Assembly (NCBI GenBank): GCA_964641255.1
Contig: CAZXMM010000001.1
Span: forward strand, 143,757-207,756
Source: an uncultured Gammaproteobacteria bacterium
GTDB lineage: Bacteria > Patescibacteriota > Microgenomatia > JAMCZE01
Direction: 5' to 3'
Length of the DNA: 64,000 bases
The notes under the pieces were generated by a model, which made no database searches, was not told the DNA's origin, and worked only from the letters and a program-made list of their open reading frames with translations. The translations under genes and the position numbers were made by a program. Shown here one piece after another: positions 29,798 through 41,740 of this stretch. Each line of letters begins with the position of its first letter. Position 1 is the stretch's first letter.

Positions 29798-30123
29798 AGC
29801 AAGCCGAAGCGTTATCATTAGCTGATGGGATTTGGCGAGTGCTAGTTAAGCATCGGCAACAGCATTTGCTTCCTCAAGTCACCGCTTTACTGGAACAAAA
29901 ATTTACTGCCTGGCAAGGGCAGGTAGTAGTGGAAAGCGCCCATAAATTAAGTATTTCCGAGCAAAAAAAACTAATGGTTCTTCTTAAGAAAAACTATGGT
30001 ATCACTGAAGCCATCTTTACTGTTGAACCAAGCTTAATTGGAGGTATGAAGGTGCATTTCGGGGATAAAATTTTAGATTTGTCAACGAAGTTAAAATTAG
30101 AACAATTAGCTAATAGTTTCTAG
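29794..30123 (+). CDS. atpH: F0F1 ATP synthase subunit delta (unusually short, 109 aa)
   Basis: operon position; C-terminal OSCP-like segment [23 protein letters not shown]. Confidence 0.6.
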   Translation: MKQAEALSLADGIWRVLVKHRQQHLLPQVTALLEQKFTAWQGQVVVESAHKLSISEQKKLMVLLKKNYGITEAIFTVEPSLIGGMKVHFGDKILDLSTKLKLEQLANSF

Positions 30124-30125
30124 CT

Positions 30126-31667
30126 ATGGACATAACCAAAATTGCTTTGGAACTGGAAAAAGAACTGCGCGGAGCTGCTGGGAAATTTGCTGACGAAGCA
30201 GTTGTTTCTGTTGGTACAGTTGAGTCAGTCAGTGATGGAGTGGCGACTCTAAGCGGTCTGTCAGCAGGTATGGTTGGAGAACTGATTGCTTTCCCTCATA
30301 ACATTATGGGAATGATTCTGAATTTAAGAGACCAAGAAGTGGGGGCAATTATTTTGGGCGATTACACGAAAATTCATCAAGGGGATGAAGTTAGAGCTAC
30401 CGGAAAAGTTCTTAAGATCAGGGCGTCATATAGCCTCTTGGGGAGAATTGTCGATCCCCTAATGCGTCCCCTAGATGGTAGAGGAGTAGTGGCGAGTAAA
30501 AAAGAAGACCAAGAATTACCTATCGAAAAAGTGGCCCCCGGAGTGATTGAACGCCAAGACGTTCATGTGCCGCTGCAAACCGGCATTAAAGCGATTGACG
30601 CTCTCGTTCCCATTGGTCGGGGCCAGCGTGAACTTATAATTGGCGACCGGGGCATTGGTAAGACTGCTCTAGCCGTTGATAGTATTATCAATCAGGCCAA
30701 GATTAACAAAACACTGGGTAGCGGTGAAAAACGGGTCCTTTCTATTTATGTGGCTATTGGTCAGAAGCAATCAAAAGTTGCTCAGGTGGTTGCCAAGCTG
30801 ACTGAAGCCGAGGCCTTAAAAGATACAATTATTGTCAGTGCGGCTGCTTCTGACCCCGCCAGTCTGCAGTATTTAGCCCCGTTTGCCGCTTGTGCTGTAG
30901 CTGAATACTTTATGTCTCTGGGGGAAGATGTCTTAATAGTTTATGACGATTTGTCCAAACACGCCTGGGCTTACCGAGAGATTTCTCTACTACTTCGGCG
31001 CCCGTCAGGCAGAGAAGCTTATCCAGGAGACATTTTTTATCTTCATAGTCGTCTTCTTGAGCGTGCCGCTCGTATGAGCGAAGAGAATGGTGGGGGGTCA
31101 ATTACTGCTCTGCCTATTATTGAAACACTAGCGGGGGACATTTCAGCTTACATTCCCACGAATGTTATCTCAATTACTGACGGCCAAATTTATCTTGAGC
31201 CCGATCTTTTTTACTCGGGTATCAGGCCAGCCATTTCTGTAGGACTATCGGTGTCTCGGGTGGGAGGCGATGCCCAGGTGAAAGCTATGAAGCAGGTAGC
31301 CGGAACCCTAAAGCTGGATCTGGCCCAATATCGTGAGTTAGCTGCTTTCGCACAATTTGGTTCAGACTTAGATGAAGCCACCCAAAAACGTCTTAATCGG
31401 GGGGTTAAGGTGACGGAAATCCTAAAACAACAGCAATACGCTCCGTTAAGTTTAACAGAGGAAGTGGCTTCACTCTGGTTGGGGGTTCGTGGTCATCTAG
31501 ACGATGTAGCGGTAGCACAAATTGCGGAATTCCTCCCGACTTTCCTGGAACAAATTAAAAAAACTACTTTTGCCAAAGATTTGCAAAAAGCCGGCAAGCT
31601 CACCGAGGAGATCGAAAAGCAATTAACCAGTGAGGTTATAACCCTAAAGAAGAAATATCTCAGTTAG
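30126..31667 (+). CDS. atpA: F0F1 ATP synthase subunit alpha
   Basis: Walker A GDRGIGKT; full-length alpha subunit similarity. Confidence 0.95.
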   Translation: MDITKIALELEKELRGAAGKFADEAVVSVGTVESVSDGVATLSGLSAGMVGELIAFPHNIMGMILNLRDQEVGAIILGDYTKIHQGDEVRATGKVLKIRASYSLLGRIVDPLMRPLDGRGVVASKKEDQELPIEKVAPGVIERQDVHVPLQTGIKAIDALVPIGRGQRELIIGDRGIGKTALAVDSIINQAKINKTLGSGEKRVLSIYVAIGQKQSKVAQVVAKLTEAEALKDTIIVSAAASDPASLQYLAPFAACAVAEYFMSLGEDVLIVYDDLSKHAWAYREISLLLRRPSGREAYPGDIFYLHSRLLERAARMSEENGGGSITALPIIETLAGDISAYIPTNVISITDGQIYLEPDLFYSGIRPAISVGLSVSRVGGDAQVKAMKQVAGTLKLDLAQYRELAAFAQFGSDLDEATQKRLNRGVKVTEILKQQQYAPLSLTEEVASLWLGVRGHLDDVAVAQIAEFLPTFLEQIKKTTFAKDLQKAGKLTEEIEKQLTSEVITLKKKYLS

Positions 31668-31679
31668 GATAATAAAACT

Positions 31680-34041
<2,362 letters not shown>

Positions 34042-34046
34042 CTCCT

Positions 34047-34481
34047 ATGAATACCTTTACTGTTTCTGTTCTTTCTCCGGAAAGACAAGTGGCCAAAGTC
34101 GATTGTGTTGAGGCGATTATCCCCACCGAGATGGGTGTAATTACCGTTTTATCCGGCCACTCGCCACTCGCCACCCTTCTTAAAAGTGGAACGGTAGAAC
34201 TAAAACAAAAGGACGCTAAATCACTTTTTGTCGTAGTCAGTGGGGGCTTTGCCACTGTTGAGAGTAGTACCCTGACTTTACTGACAGATTTTGCAGCCAG
34301 AGACGACGAAATTGACGAGAAAGTAGTGCGAGCGGCCAAGGCGCAAGCTGAAAAAACCCTGGAAGAGATTAAGCACGGGGAGGTAGACTTGGCTAAAGCT
34401 CGCACTGAGCTGATGCGAGCTTCGCTGCAACTTGGTCTGATTGAGAAGCGGCGTCACCACCATTCTTCCCCCACTCCTTAG
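34047..34481 (+). CDS. atpC: F0F1 ATP synthase subunit epsilon
   Basis: operon position and N-terminal beta-sandwich pattern. Confidence 0.8.
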   Translation: MNTFTVSVLSPERQVAKVDCVEAIIPTEMGVITVLSGHSPLATLLKSGTVELKQKDAKSLFVVVSGGFATVESSTLTLLTDFAARDDEIDEKVVRAAKAQAEKTLEEIKHGEVDLAKARTELMRASLQLGLIEKRRHHHSSPTP

Positions 34482-34496
34482 AGTATACTTATTCAT

Positions 34497-35255
34497 ATGC
34501 TTGATCCTAGTATTTTGGTCGTGTTTTTAGCCGGTCTCATCTCTTTTTTTGCTCCTTGTTTTGTCCCCCTACTGCCGGTCTATATGAGCACTCTCACTGG
34601 CCTGTCGATTCGCGAGCTTAAACAAGTGAAAACAAAATCACGACAGTGGCAAATTCTTGGCACTAGCGCGCTTTTTATTCTGGGGTTTTCCTTGGTTTTT
34701 GTGACTTTAGGACTCAGTGCTAGTGCTATCGGACGCTTTTTCATCAGTAATCGCCTTCTTTTCTCCCAGCTCAGTGGTCTAGTACTCATAGGGTTTGGGC
34801 TCTTTATGTTGGGAATTTTTCGGGGGACTGCTTTGGGGTCGAGGCAATTTGGAGTGGCCCTGCCGAAGGGTTTGATTCATTTCCACTTCCTCGGTCCAGT
34901 TTTTATGGGTGTTGCTTTTGGCTTTGCTTGGACACCTTGTGTTGGTCCCATTTTGGGTTCGGTGCTCACTCTTGCAGCTAACTCTGCTAGTTTGGGGGCG
35001 GGAGTGAAACTGCTGCTTGTGTATAGTTTGGGCATTTCCCTGCCTTTCCTAGTCGTGTCACTGTGTATACACCGGGCTCTGAGCTGGATAGGTCGGTTAC
35101 AGGGTCTTTTGACACTTATAGCTGCTTTGGGCGGTATTTTTACTATTATCCTTGGGGTACTACTTCTTTTGGGACAGTACCCAACGATTATAGGTTCAGT
35201 GACGACAAGATTTTACCCTTCCTTTCTCTATAATTTCATTTTGGGTAGCGTGTAA
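34497..35255 (+). CDS. ccdA: cytochrome c biogenesis/thiol-disulfide transfer protein CcdA family
   Basis: FFAPCFVPLLPVYMS and WTPCVGPILG conserved Cys motifs in a 6-TM protein. Confidence 0.8.
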   Translation: MLDPSILVVFLAGLISFFAPCFVPLLPVYMSTLTGLSIRELKQVKTKSRQWQILGTSALFILGFSLVFVTLGLSASAIGRFFISNRLLFSQLSGLVLIGFGLFMLGIFRGTALGSRQFGVALPKGLIHFHFLGPVFMGVAFGFAWTPCVGPILGSVLTLAANSASLGAGVKLLLVYSLGISLPFLVVSLCIHRALSWIGRLQGLLTLIAALGGIFTIILGVLLLLGQYPTIIGSVTTRFYPSFLYNFILGSV

Positions 35256-35655
35256 AAACAGTTGATCCCGAATAAATCGGGATCAACTAGGCTCAAAATT
35301 GAGAAAGACCAAGCCCAACTTAGGGCGGCGACCGTGATTGCCAAACAATCATATTAAGAATTAAAATGGATAATGCTTCTGATCAGTCCAAAAGGAATGA
35401 ACAGCAAAAAGACGTATGCCTCCATCAGGGTGAGCATGGCCGAAAGAGTTTTTTCTTTCATATCTAATTTTGGCTCACAACTAAGGAGGAATCTCTAAAA
35501 TCAGCTAACCGCTGTGTGGTATTCCTCCTTAGTCTCTTGAGCTTTCCTGGTGTAATGATAAGGGAGAAAGTTGTGCCTAGCTTGAGTATAGGCTGCAAAT
35601 AACCTAGTAACTTAGGCACAAGTTTTCTGAGTTTCCTGAGTAACATCAAGGCGTG

Positions 35656-35684
35656 CGGTTTGCTTGGGGAATAAGCTTATAGTA
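35656..35684 (+). promoter_or_regulatory. sigma70-like promoter (TTGCTT, 17-nt spacer, TATAAT) for the 35696 gene
   Basis: hexamers and spacing read directly. Confidence 0.45.
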
Positions 35685-35695
35685 TAATCAGCTCT

Positions 35696-36109
35696 ATGGT
35701 TGACTCTGAGTTTGAACATCTAGATGAAGCGGTCAGGGAGATCACTCATGATATCCCGGCAAGGTTGTTATTGGGAATGTCTAGGGACGGAAAAGAAACT
35801 CATATAGTTTGTACCAAAGCCGAACTTGACGATTTTGATATTGATTATTATCGCATTGCTATATCCCCTAACGAGATTACGGTTTGGCAACAGCGCCACT
35901 TTTTTTACTGCGAACAAGTGCGACGGCGGACTGTACGAGTAGCCCAAAAAACATTTGGTGGAGCTCTTAACCTTTACCACGACAGTCATGGCTCATCTTT
36001 TGGGTCTTTGCGTAGTAACGACTTGACCCAAAGCAGAGCGGAAACTGGGCCTCATGGCGGACTTCGTCCAGCAGCTAAACCAGAAGAATATATCAACCAT
36101 CATCCCTAG
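35696..36109 (+). CDS. hypothetical protein (no recognisable domain)
   Basis: 137-aa ORF preceded by a good promoter. Confidence 0.35.
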   Translation: MVDSEFEHLDEAVREITHDIPARLLLGMSRDGKETHIVCTKAELDDFDIDYYRIAISPNEITVWQQRHFFYCEQVRRRTVRVAQKTFGGALNLYHDSHGSSFGSLRSNDLTQSRAETGPHGGLRPAAKPEEYINHHP

Positions 36110-36153
36110 GGATATCTATAAACATCGTTTATCTGCCTGAGAGGATTTTTACT

Positions 36154-38046
36154 ATGGCAGGTAAAAAGGCAGAAACAAACCCAAATGGAGGGCTTCTTGG
36201 CAGAAAGCAGGCCCACACTTTAGTAGGAGCTGATACTGATAGACGCCAGCTCAAGAGGATGTTGCACGAAAATCGCGCTACGAGCTCGAGAGCTGCCAGA
36301 GATCTTAGGCTTCAGGCAGCTGTCCAAAACAATATCTTTAATCTTGTCGACTCTATAACCTTCCTGATGCAACAGCCTTCAAATAGTTCAGTGTCCTTAG
36401 CTAATCAGCTTGGAGGCATAGCTGCGCTTCACTCGTTATCTTTTGATCTAACCACACTCGACTCATTAAAATGGCTGGCTAGTCATGTTAAAACAGCCAA
36501 TAGAACCAGTGTCTATGGCCAGGAAGGTTTAGCGGGGGGACTACTAGCGCAAGAGTTGGCATCGGCCCAGATGAATTTAATCAAGCGGGGATTTAGTGAC
36601 GACACAGTTATCGTGGGAACAGATCGGGGACTAAATTCAATACGGGGAGCGATTGTGACTGGAGATACAACAACTCGTTCACTTCTCTATGAGCTTGTAA
36701 CTGGTTCCGCGCTACCCGACTTAACAGAGTTAGGAAGTGTATGCGGTTATGCTGCCGTTTGTATTCATCCCGAAACTGGGGGGTTGGGAAATTATGGCAA
36801 TCTTAGGACTGATGTAGCTGAGAAACTAGCTAAACGTTTAGCGATAAGACTTTTGGACCTAGAGAGGTTTATTAAAGTTGCTAATAATACACGAGTTGAA
36901 AATGTTAGGTCTCCTTTTACACCAGATGCCGCTAAGATTCTAGCGAGTAATGCAGAAACTAACCGGAGAGCACTTGTTAATATGCTAGGAATAATGGGAG
37001 CAGAGTTTTTAGATCAAAATTTGACCTCTTTTCTTACTAGACCTAATTCTCAAAACGTCATTACCAATAATGCGACAATAATCATTGAAACTCTCATTAG
37101 TCGGGGGGTTCATTGGGTAAAGCCTTTAGAAACCATTCGGGATCTGTGCCAGTACTTTTTAGCCGCGGGTAGAGAAGAGCAAGCAAGAGAAATTATTCTT
37201 CAGGCTGCCAAGTCTGGGCTCATTAAGCTGTCGAAGTTTTCTCTAAAGGACTATCAGGATATTGGTTTTCCTTCAAGAAATGCAAAAGAGCATTTCGACT
37301 TTAACCGCGTTTGGTATAAGCATTTTACTAAGCATTGGGACTTTTCCGAAGACCCTTTTAGACATGGATTTGAGAATTTGAGTCATGTCCGTGTTTTTCA
37401 AGGGACACTTTTCCCAACCCATGATGGTCATCGAGCTATAGTTGCAGGAGATATGTTTCAGGGTGTTCGTAGAAGGGGGGTACGAACCGAACTGGTCCCT
37501 CCGGGAACCACATATTTAGTTTCAGTCAATACAACGAGGCCAGAAGGAGATTTTGGCCACACTAACGAGATAGCGCACGTTAATCATCGTCGACGGATCG
37601 CATTGCGGGGCTTTTCGGGGTTGCCCGTGAGGATAACCAGTCTCCCCGGGCGGGGTCCGCTAGCTAACCAAGAGTTAGTGCTGCAAATGGCTGGCGGGGC
37701 ACAAGAATCTAGAGCCTGTGGCCTAGATAGAATAGAAAGCACTTCATCCCTAGTTGCTGATTTAGTGGTGGCTATGAGGGATACTGATTTAAGACGGTTT
37801 CTAGATGATCCTGATAGAGTCCTTAACTTAAGACAAGCGTTTTCAAACGCAAAACAGCTTACTGGACTTGTTCTAAATGGTGTAGAAAGGGCAAGGGGCC
37901 AAAATACTTGGTTCTTGTTTGCCCAATCTCAACGCAGTGATTTGCCGGGAGATGTTAGGGCAGCATACAGAATTATGTTGCAACACGTTATCCACCCCAA
38001 CTCTCTAGCTTATCTCGAAGAGCATGCTGAGGAACTACTTGCCTAG
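36154..38046 (+). CDS. large hypothetical protein (630 aa, no recognisable motifs)
   Basis: long uninterrupted ORF with balanced composition; no nucleotide-binding or known catalytic motif found by eye. Confidence 0.4.
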   Translation: MAGKKAETNPNGGLLGRKQAHTLVGADTDRRQLKRMLHENRATSSRAARDLRLQAAVQNNIFNLVDSITFLMQQPSNSSVSLANQLGGIAALHSLSFDLTTLDSLKWLASHVKTANRTSVYGQEGLAGGLLAQELASAQMNLIKRGFSDDTVIVGTDRGLNSIRGAIVTGDTTTRSLLYELVTGSALPDLTELGSVCGYAAVCIHPETGGLGNYGNLRTDVAEKLAKRLAIRLLDLERFIKVANNTRVENVRSPFTPDAAKILASNAETNRRALVNMLGIMGAEFLDQNLTSFLTRPNSQNVITNNATIIIETLISRGVHWVKPLETIRDLCQYFLAAGREEQAREIILQAAKSGLIKLSKFSLKDYQDIGFPSRNAKEHFDFNRVWYKHFTKHWDFSEDPFRHGFENLSHVRVFQGTLFPTHDGHRAIVAGDMFQGVRRRGVRTELVPPGTTYLVSVNTTRPEGDFGHTNEIAHVNHRRRIALRGFSGLPVRITSLPGRGPLANQELVLQMAGGAQESRACGLDRIESTSSLVADLVVAMRDTDLRRFLDDPDRVLNLRQAFSNAKQLTGLVLNGVERARGQNTWFLFAQSQRSDLPGDVRAAYRIMLQHVIHPNSLAYLEEHAEELLA

Positions 38047-39408
38047 TTTGTATCCCCGTCCTCTAATGGTGGTAATTGAAGAATCTTTCAACCCAATCTT
38101 GGCGAGTTTTTTACGTAGTTTACTCATCAGCTGATCAATGGCCCAATCAGAGTACTTTTCGTATGATTCCTTTCCCCATAACTTTTCTGCCAACACATCA
38201 CGAGAATGAATCTTATCGGGCTCTTGCAAAAAATAAGCGAGAATCTCGTATTCTTGTCTTGTAAACTGATCTTCTATGGATTTGCCGTTAAAGGTTATTG
38301 CTCTAGTATTTTCATCAAACGAAAGCCTGGTCTGTTTTTCATCAACTAGCACTTCCGGCAAAGCTCTTTTGAGGACGGCATCCCTAAATAGTTGACAAAA
38401 AAGCTGATAGTAACCTTCGGGAGACGTGCGTATGATACCCAAGGCTAACAAGGCGTTAGTCTCTTCGTCGTTAGGAAGGTTTACTATTTGTTTGGACGCG
38501 ACTTCATGGAGGAGTTTTTTCATTTTCTGGGTAAAAATTCCTAACATCAGATCTGAGGTGGCGCGAATCTCATAGTTGGAACGAAAGAGTTCTTTGATCT
38601 TATCTACGGTAAACGGTCGGTCTGACGAGTCAGTTTTAGCCAGGGTTTCAAAGGCCAGCTTAAGTAGATAGGGGTGTCCGTCACACATTTCGGATACAAG
38701 CTGTTTCTCGAGAGGGCTTAAAACATAGTCGTACTTCTTTTGGAAAAATTCTAGAAGGTACTCTTCGTTGTCTTTGGAAACAGGAACGAAAAGTAGGTTC
38801 TGGAAAAAAAGATAACCCAACTCTTCCCCGTAGGGATTCTTTTCAAACAACAGCCTTAAATCTTTTATGAGAAAAACATAGTGCAGTTTATCGTCAAAAC
38901 TGTTCCACAGGGAACGAAGATTATTAGAAAATACATTGTTAACAAAGCCTAATTCGTCGATCTCTCCTAAAAAGAGAACCACCTTCATACCAGATTTTGT
39001 AGCTTTACTGATCAGGATCTTAAGGTGTTCGAGCAGTTTAGGATAAGCCAGGAGTTCGTTATCGAATGGAGCAAGGTCGGCTTCGCCAATATCACAATCC
39101 AAATTTTGATTCTTTTGACAAGCCTCAATGAAGGTTTTCCCAATGAGTCTTAGGTATCCAGCCTGACTTTCTTCGGTGAGGTCGAGCGGTTCAACGTAAC
39201 ACAGGAGGTACTTTTGGTAGTCAGGTAAGAATTTACTGAAGAGGTGGATATTATCGATTATAAATCTGTCGACAACCCTCCTCCCTGCTGTAGCGACCCA
39301 TACCGGGGTAACACATTCTCCTTTAGCTATCGCCCTAAAAAGTCTTGCCGCATATTGATCGACATAGTCCTGGGGGAACGGATAGCGAGGATTTACCCCA
39401 TCGCTCAT
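38035..39408 (-). CDS. transcriptional regulator with C-terminal OmpR/PhoB-type winged-helix DNA-binding domain and an uncharacterised about 350-aa N-terminal domain
   Basis: C-terminus RDVLAEKLWG...TIRGRGYKL matches the trans_reg_C wHTH; the N-terminal region lacks receiver-domain Asp/Lys and Walker motifs. Confidence 0.6.
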   Translation of the reverse strand: MSDGVNPRYPFPQDYVDQYAARLFRAIAKGECVTPVWVATAGRRVVDRFIIDNIHLFSKFLPDYQKYLLCYVEPLDLTEESQAGYLRLIGKTFIEACQKNQNLDCDIGEADLAPFDNELLAYPKLLEHLKILISKATKSGMKVVLFLGEIDELGFVNNVFSNNLRSLWNSFDDKLHYVFLIKDLRLLFEKNPYGEELGYLFFQNLLFVPVSKDNEEYLLEFFQKKYDYVLSPLEKQLVSEMCDGHPYLLKLAFETLAKTDSSDRPFTVDKIKELFRSNYEIRATSDLMLGIFTQKMKKLLHEVASKQIVNLPNDEETNALLALGIIRTSPEGYYQLFCQLFRDAVLKRALPEVLVDEKQTRLSFDENTRAITFNGKSIEDQFTRQEYEILAYFLQEPDKIHSRDVLAEKLWGKESYEKYSDWAIDQLMSKLRKKLAKIGLKDSSITTIRGRGYKLGK

Positions 39409-39479
39409 ATTGGTTTGCTTCGGTCAGGATACTCAGATTCTAGTCAGGAAAGAAGGGTCTGTCAACGGGGAGGTTGGGA

Positions 39480-40601
39480 TCAGTCCAAATAGTCTTTGAG
39501 CTTTTTACTGCGACTTGGGTGCTTGAGCTTACGAATAGCCTTCGCCTCGATTTGGCGGATGCGCTCCCGAGTCACTCCAAAAGCTTTGCCGACTTCTTCC
39601 AGGGTTCTGGGTCGTCCGTCTTCCAGCCCAAAGCGCATAATTAAGACTTTTTTCTCCCGGTCGTTGAGGGTAGCTAAGACTTCTTCTAGTTGCTCTTTAA
39701 GCAGGGCCTTACTGGTTTGTTCGTAGGGACTGGGAATGTGTTCGTCGGGCACAAAGTCCCCGAGCTGGGAATCGTCTTCATCACCAATTTTAGTTTGCAG
39801 GGAAGTCGGTTCCTGAGAAATTTTTTGAATCTCGTGGACCTTAGCCACGTCAATTTCCAGCTCTTTGGCAATTTCCTCGGGGAGAGGATCACGCCCCAGT
39901 TCGGCAGTTAGCTTATTACGCAACCTAACGTAGCGATTGATGGTTTCGACCATGTGCACTGGAATCCGAATCGTGCGAGCCTGGTCAGCGATGGCCCGGG
40001 TAATAGCTTGACGAATCCACCAGGTGGCATAGGTGGAGAATTTAAAGCCCCGACGCCAGTCATATTTCTCCGTGGCGCGGATGAGTCCCTGGTTGCCCTC
40101 TTGAATAAGATCGAGCATGGTCATGCCTCGACCCAAGTATTTTTTAGCAATTGAGACAACCAGGCGCAAGTTGGAGGAAATGAGCTTGTCTTTAGCTTTT
40201 CGCTCTCCCTTTTCTGCCCGTTTGGCCAGGTCAACTTCTTCTTTAGCGTTAAGTAGGGGGATGCGGCCAATTTCTTTAAGATACATGCGGACCGGGTCAG
40301 TAACACCGCTTTCATCTAGTCCGGCGATTCCTTCCAGTTCTTTCTCTAAATCGGAGACAGTTTTCTGTCCCTCTTCCAAATCCTCAGCTGTAGTTTCAAA
40401 AATGTCGACCTCAGCGTTGATGAGCAGGTCATAAAATTCGTCCAGTTCTTCTAGATGATCCTCAGCTTTGGGAAAGACTGCTAAAACTTCTTCTTGGGTG
40501 ACAAAACCGGCGGACTTACCTCTTTTGATCAGATCCAGTGCCGCGGGGGGAAGACTGACTTTCGTGGGAAGGACTTTTTTGTTAACCATAATCAGTAGCA
40601 T
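39480..40601 (-). CDS. rpoD: RNA polymerase sigma factor sigma70
   Basis: region 2 [18 protein letters not shown], region 2.4 [13 protein letters not shown], region 4.2 HTH. Confidence 0.95.
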   Translation of the reverse strand: MLLIMVNKKVLPTKVSLPPAALDLIKRGKSAGFVTQEEVLAVFPKAEDHLEELDEFYDLLINAEVDIFETTAEDLEEGQKTVSDLEKELEGIAGLDESGVTDPVRMYLKEIGRIPLLNAKEEVDLAKRAEKGERKAKDKLISSNLRLVVSIAKKYLGRGMTMLDLIQEGNQGLIRATEKYDWRRGFKFSTYATWWIRQAITRAIADQARTIRIPVHMVETINRYVRLRNKLTAELGRDPLPEEIAKELEIDVAKVHEIQKISQEPTSLQTKIGDEDDSQLGDFVPDEHIPSPYEQTSKALLKEQLEEVLATLNDREKKVLIMRFGLEDGRPRTLEEVGKAFGVTRERIRQIEAKAIRKLKHPSRSKKLKDYLD

Positions 40602-40823
40602 GAATCTTGAGATAATCGAAGCCTGGTATCTTCGTCCGTCTCTTGAAATGCTTAGGGGATTTTAAGTTCACCCAGCTTCTATGTCAAGCTGTAACGAGAG
40701 TCAGTCACTTTAAGAATAAGGAGTTGATGATTAAAACCACATGTTTCCTTGTGGCACATTACTAATTTCGGCTGAGACAATTTGCCACTTGACTTTTCCT
40801 ACGGGCGTTTAATACAGTAAATC

Positions 40824-41708
40824 ATGGGTAGGATATTTACTCTCCTGGTAGTGGCTGTTTTAGTCATTGGTGGAGTCTACGTAGCGGTTGGTGCTGCCTC
40901 CGGAAATTCCCCCCTAGTTTTATTAACTCGTGCCTCGACTGGCAATTCAGTTACCATTAACGGTGGTGCAAAGTCTACCGACTCTCTCAATGTCTCTCTT
41001 GCTCTATCGGCAAAACCCGAAGCCACAGAGATGAAGATAGCTAATAGTCTTGTTGAATTGAAAGTAGCTAAGCCCACGGATTTCACGCCACAGGTCAAGT
41101 GGACACTAGCTAAAGGAGAACCAGGCAAGAGGACGGTGTTCGTTGTCTTTAATAACGGTGCTGAAGAGAGGGTGCAGCCGATGATGCCTGACACTTGGTC
41201 TGCTCCGGTCCTTGCGTCTATTCAATATAGTAATGAAGAGGCGCTCTTGTACCGGGAATTTTACTATACATGTCAGGGGCAGAAACAAAGATCAGGAATC
41301 TCGGAGTGCTCTTCATCTACTCAGTTAAAGACAGTGGCAGTTAAAATTTGTCGAGACAAATTTAGCGCACCGCTTACTGATTTCTCGGTTAATAAAGAAT
41401 CTCTATGCAACAAGAAGCCACCAAAGGAATCTTACCGAGTAGCCTTTTATACCTGCTCAGACAACCATTCTGGGAAATTCGATGCCAACGCCTGCCTAAG
41501 TGAAGAGGCATTAATGGATGGAGCAACAAAATTGTGCAAAATGAGACAAGCAGATTTAGCAAAATTTACCCCCGATACGTCTACCCGGTGTGAGACCGTA
41601 AAGCGAGGACTGGTCTGTATAAACCGTGCTTGCGTCTACGCCGAGGGTGCGGAGGATGATCAGTATTGCAAAAGTAAAAAACCGGGAGAGATTTGTAACC
41701 CCAAGTAA
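40824..41708 (+). CDS. hypothetical secreted cysteine-rich protein
   Basis: signal/anchor N-terminus, 18 Cys in repeated YTC/CxxK contexts. Confidence 0.4.
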   Translation: MGRIFTLLVVAVLVIGGVYVAVGAASGNSPLVLLTRASTGNSVTINGGAKSTDSLNVSLALSAKPEATEMKIANSLVELKVAKPTDFTPQVKWTLAKGEPGKRTVFVVFNNGAEERVQPMMPDTWSAPVLASIQYSNEEALLYREFYYTCQGQKQRSGISECSSSTQLKTVAVKICRDKFSAPLTDFSVNKESLCNKKPPKESYRVAFYTCSDNHSGKFDANACLSEEALMDGATKLCKMRQADLAKFTPDTSTRCETVKRGLVCINRACVYAEGAEDDQYCKSKKPGEICNPK

Positions 41709-41740
41709 TCTCGACCCCTTAAGACCGTGTGGCCTCGTTA

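Noticed and set aside
35464-35649. 61-aa minus-strand ORF in the island leader
   Set aside because: It spans the 12-bp palindrome and promoter region and has a basic low-complexity translation. It is more likely regulatory DNA.
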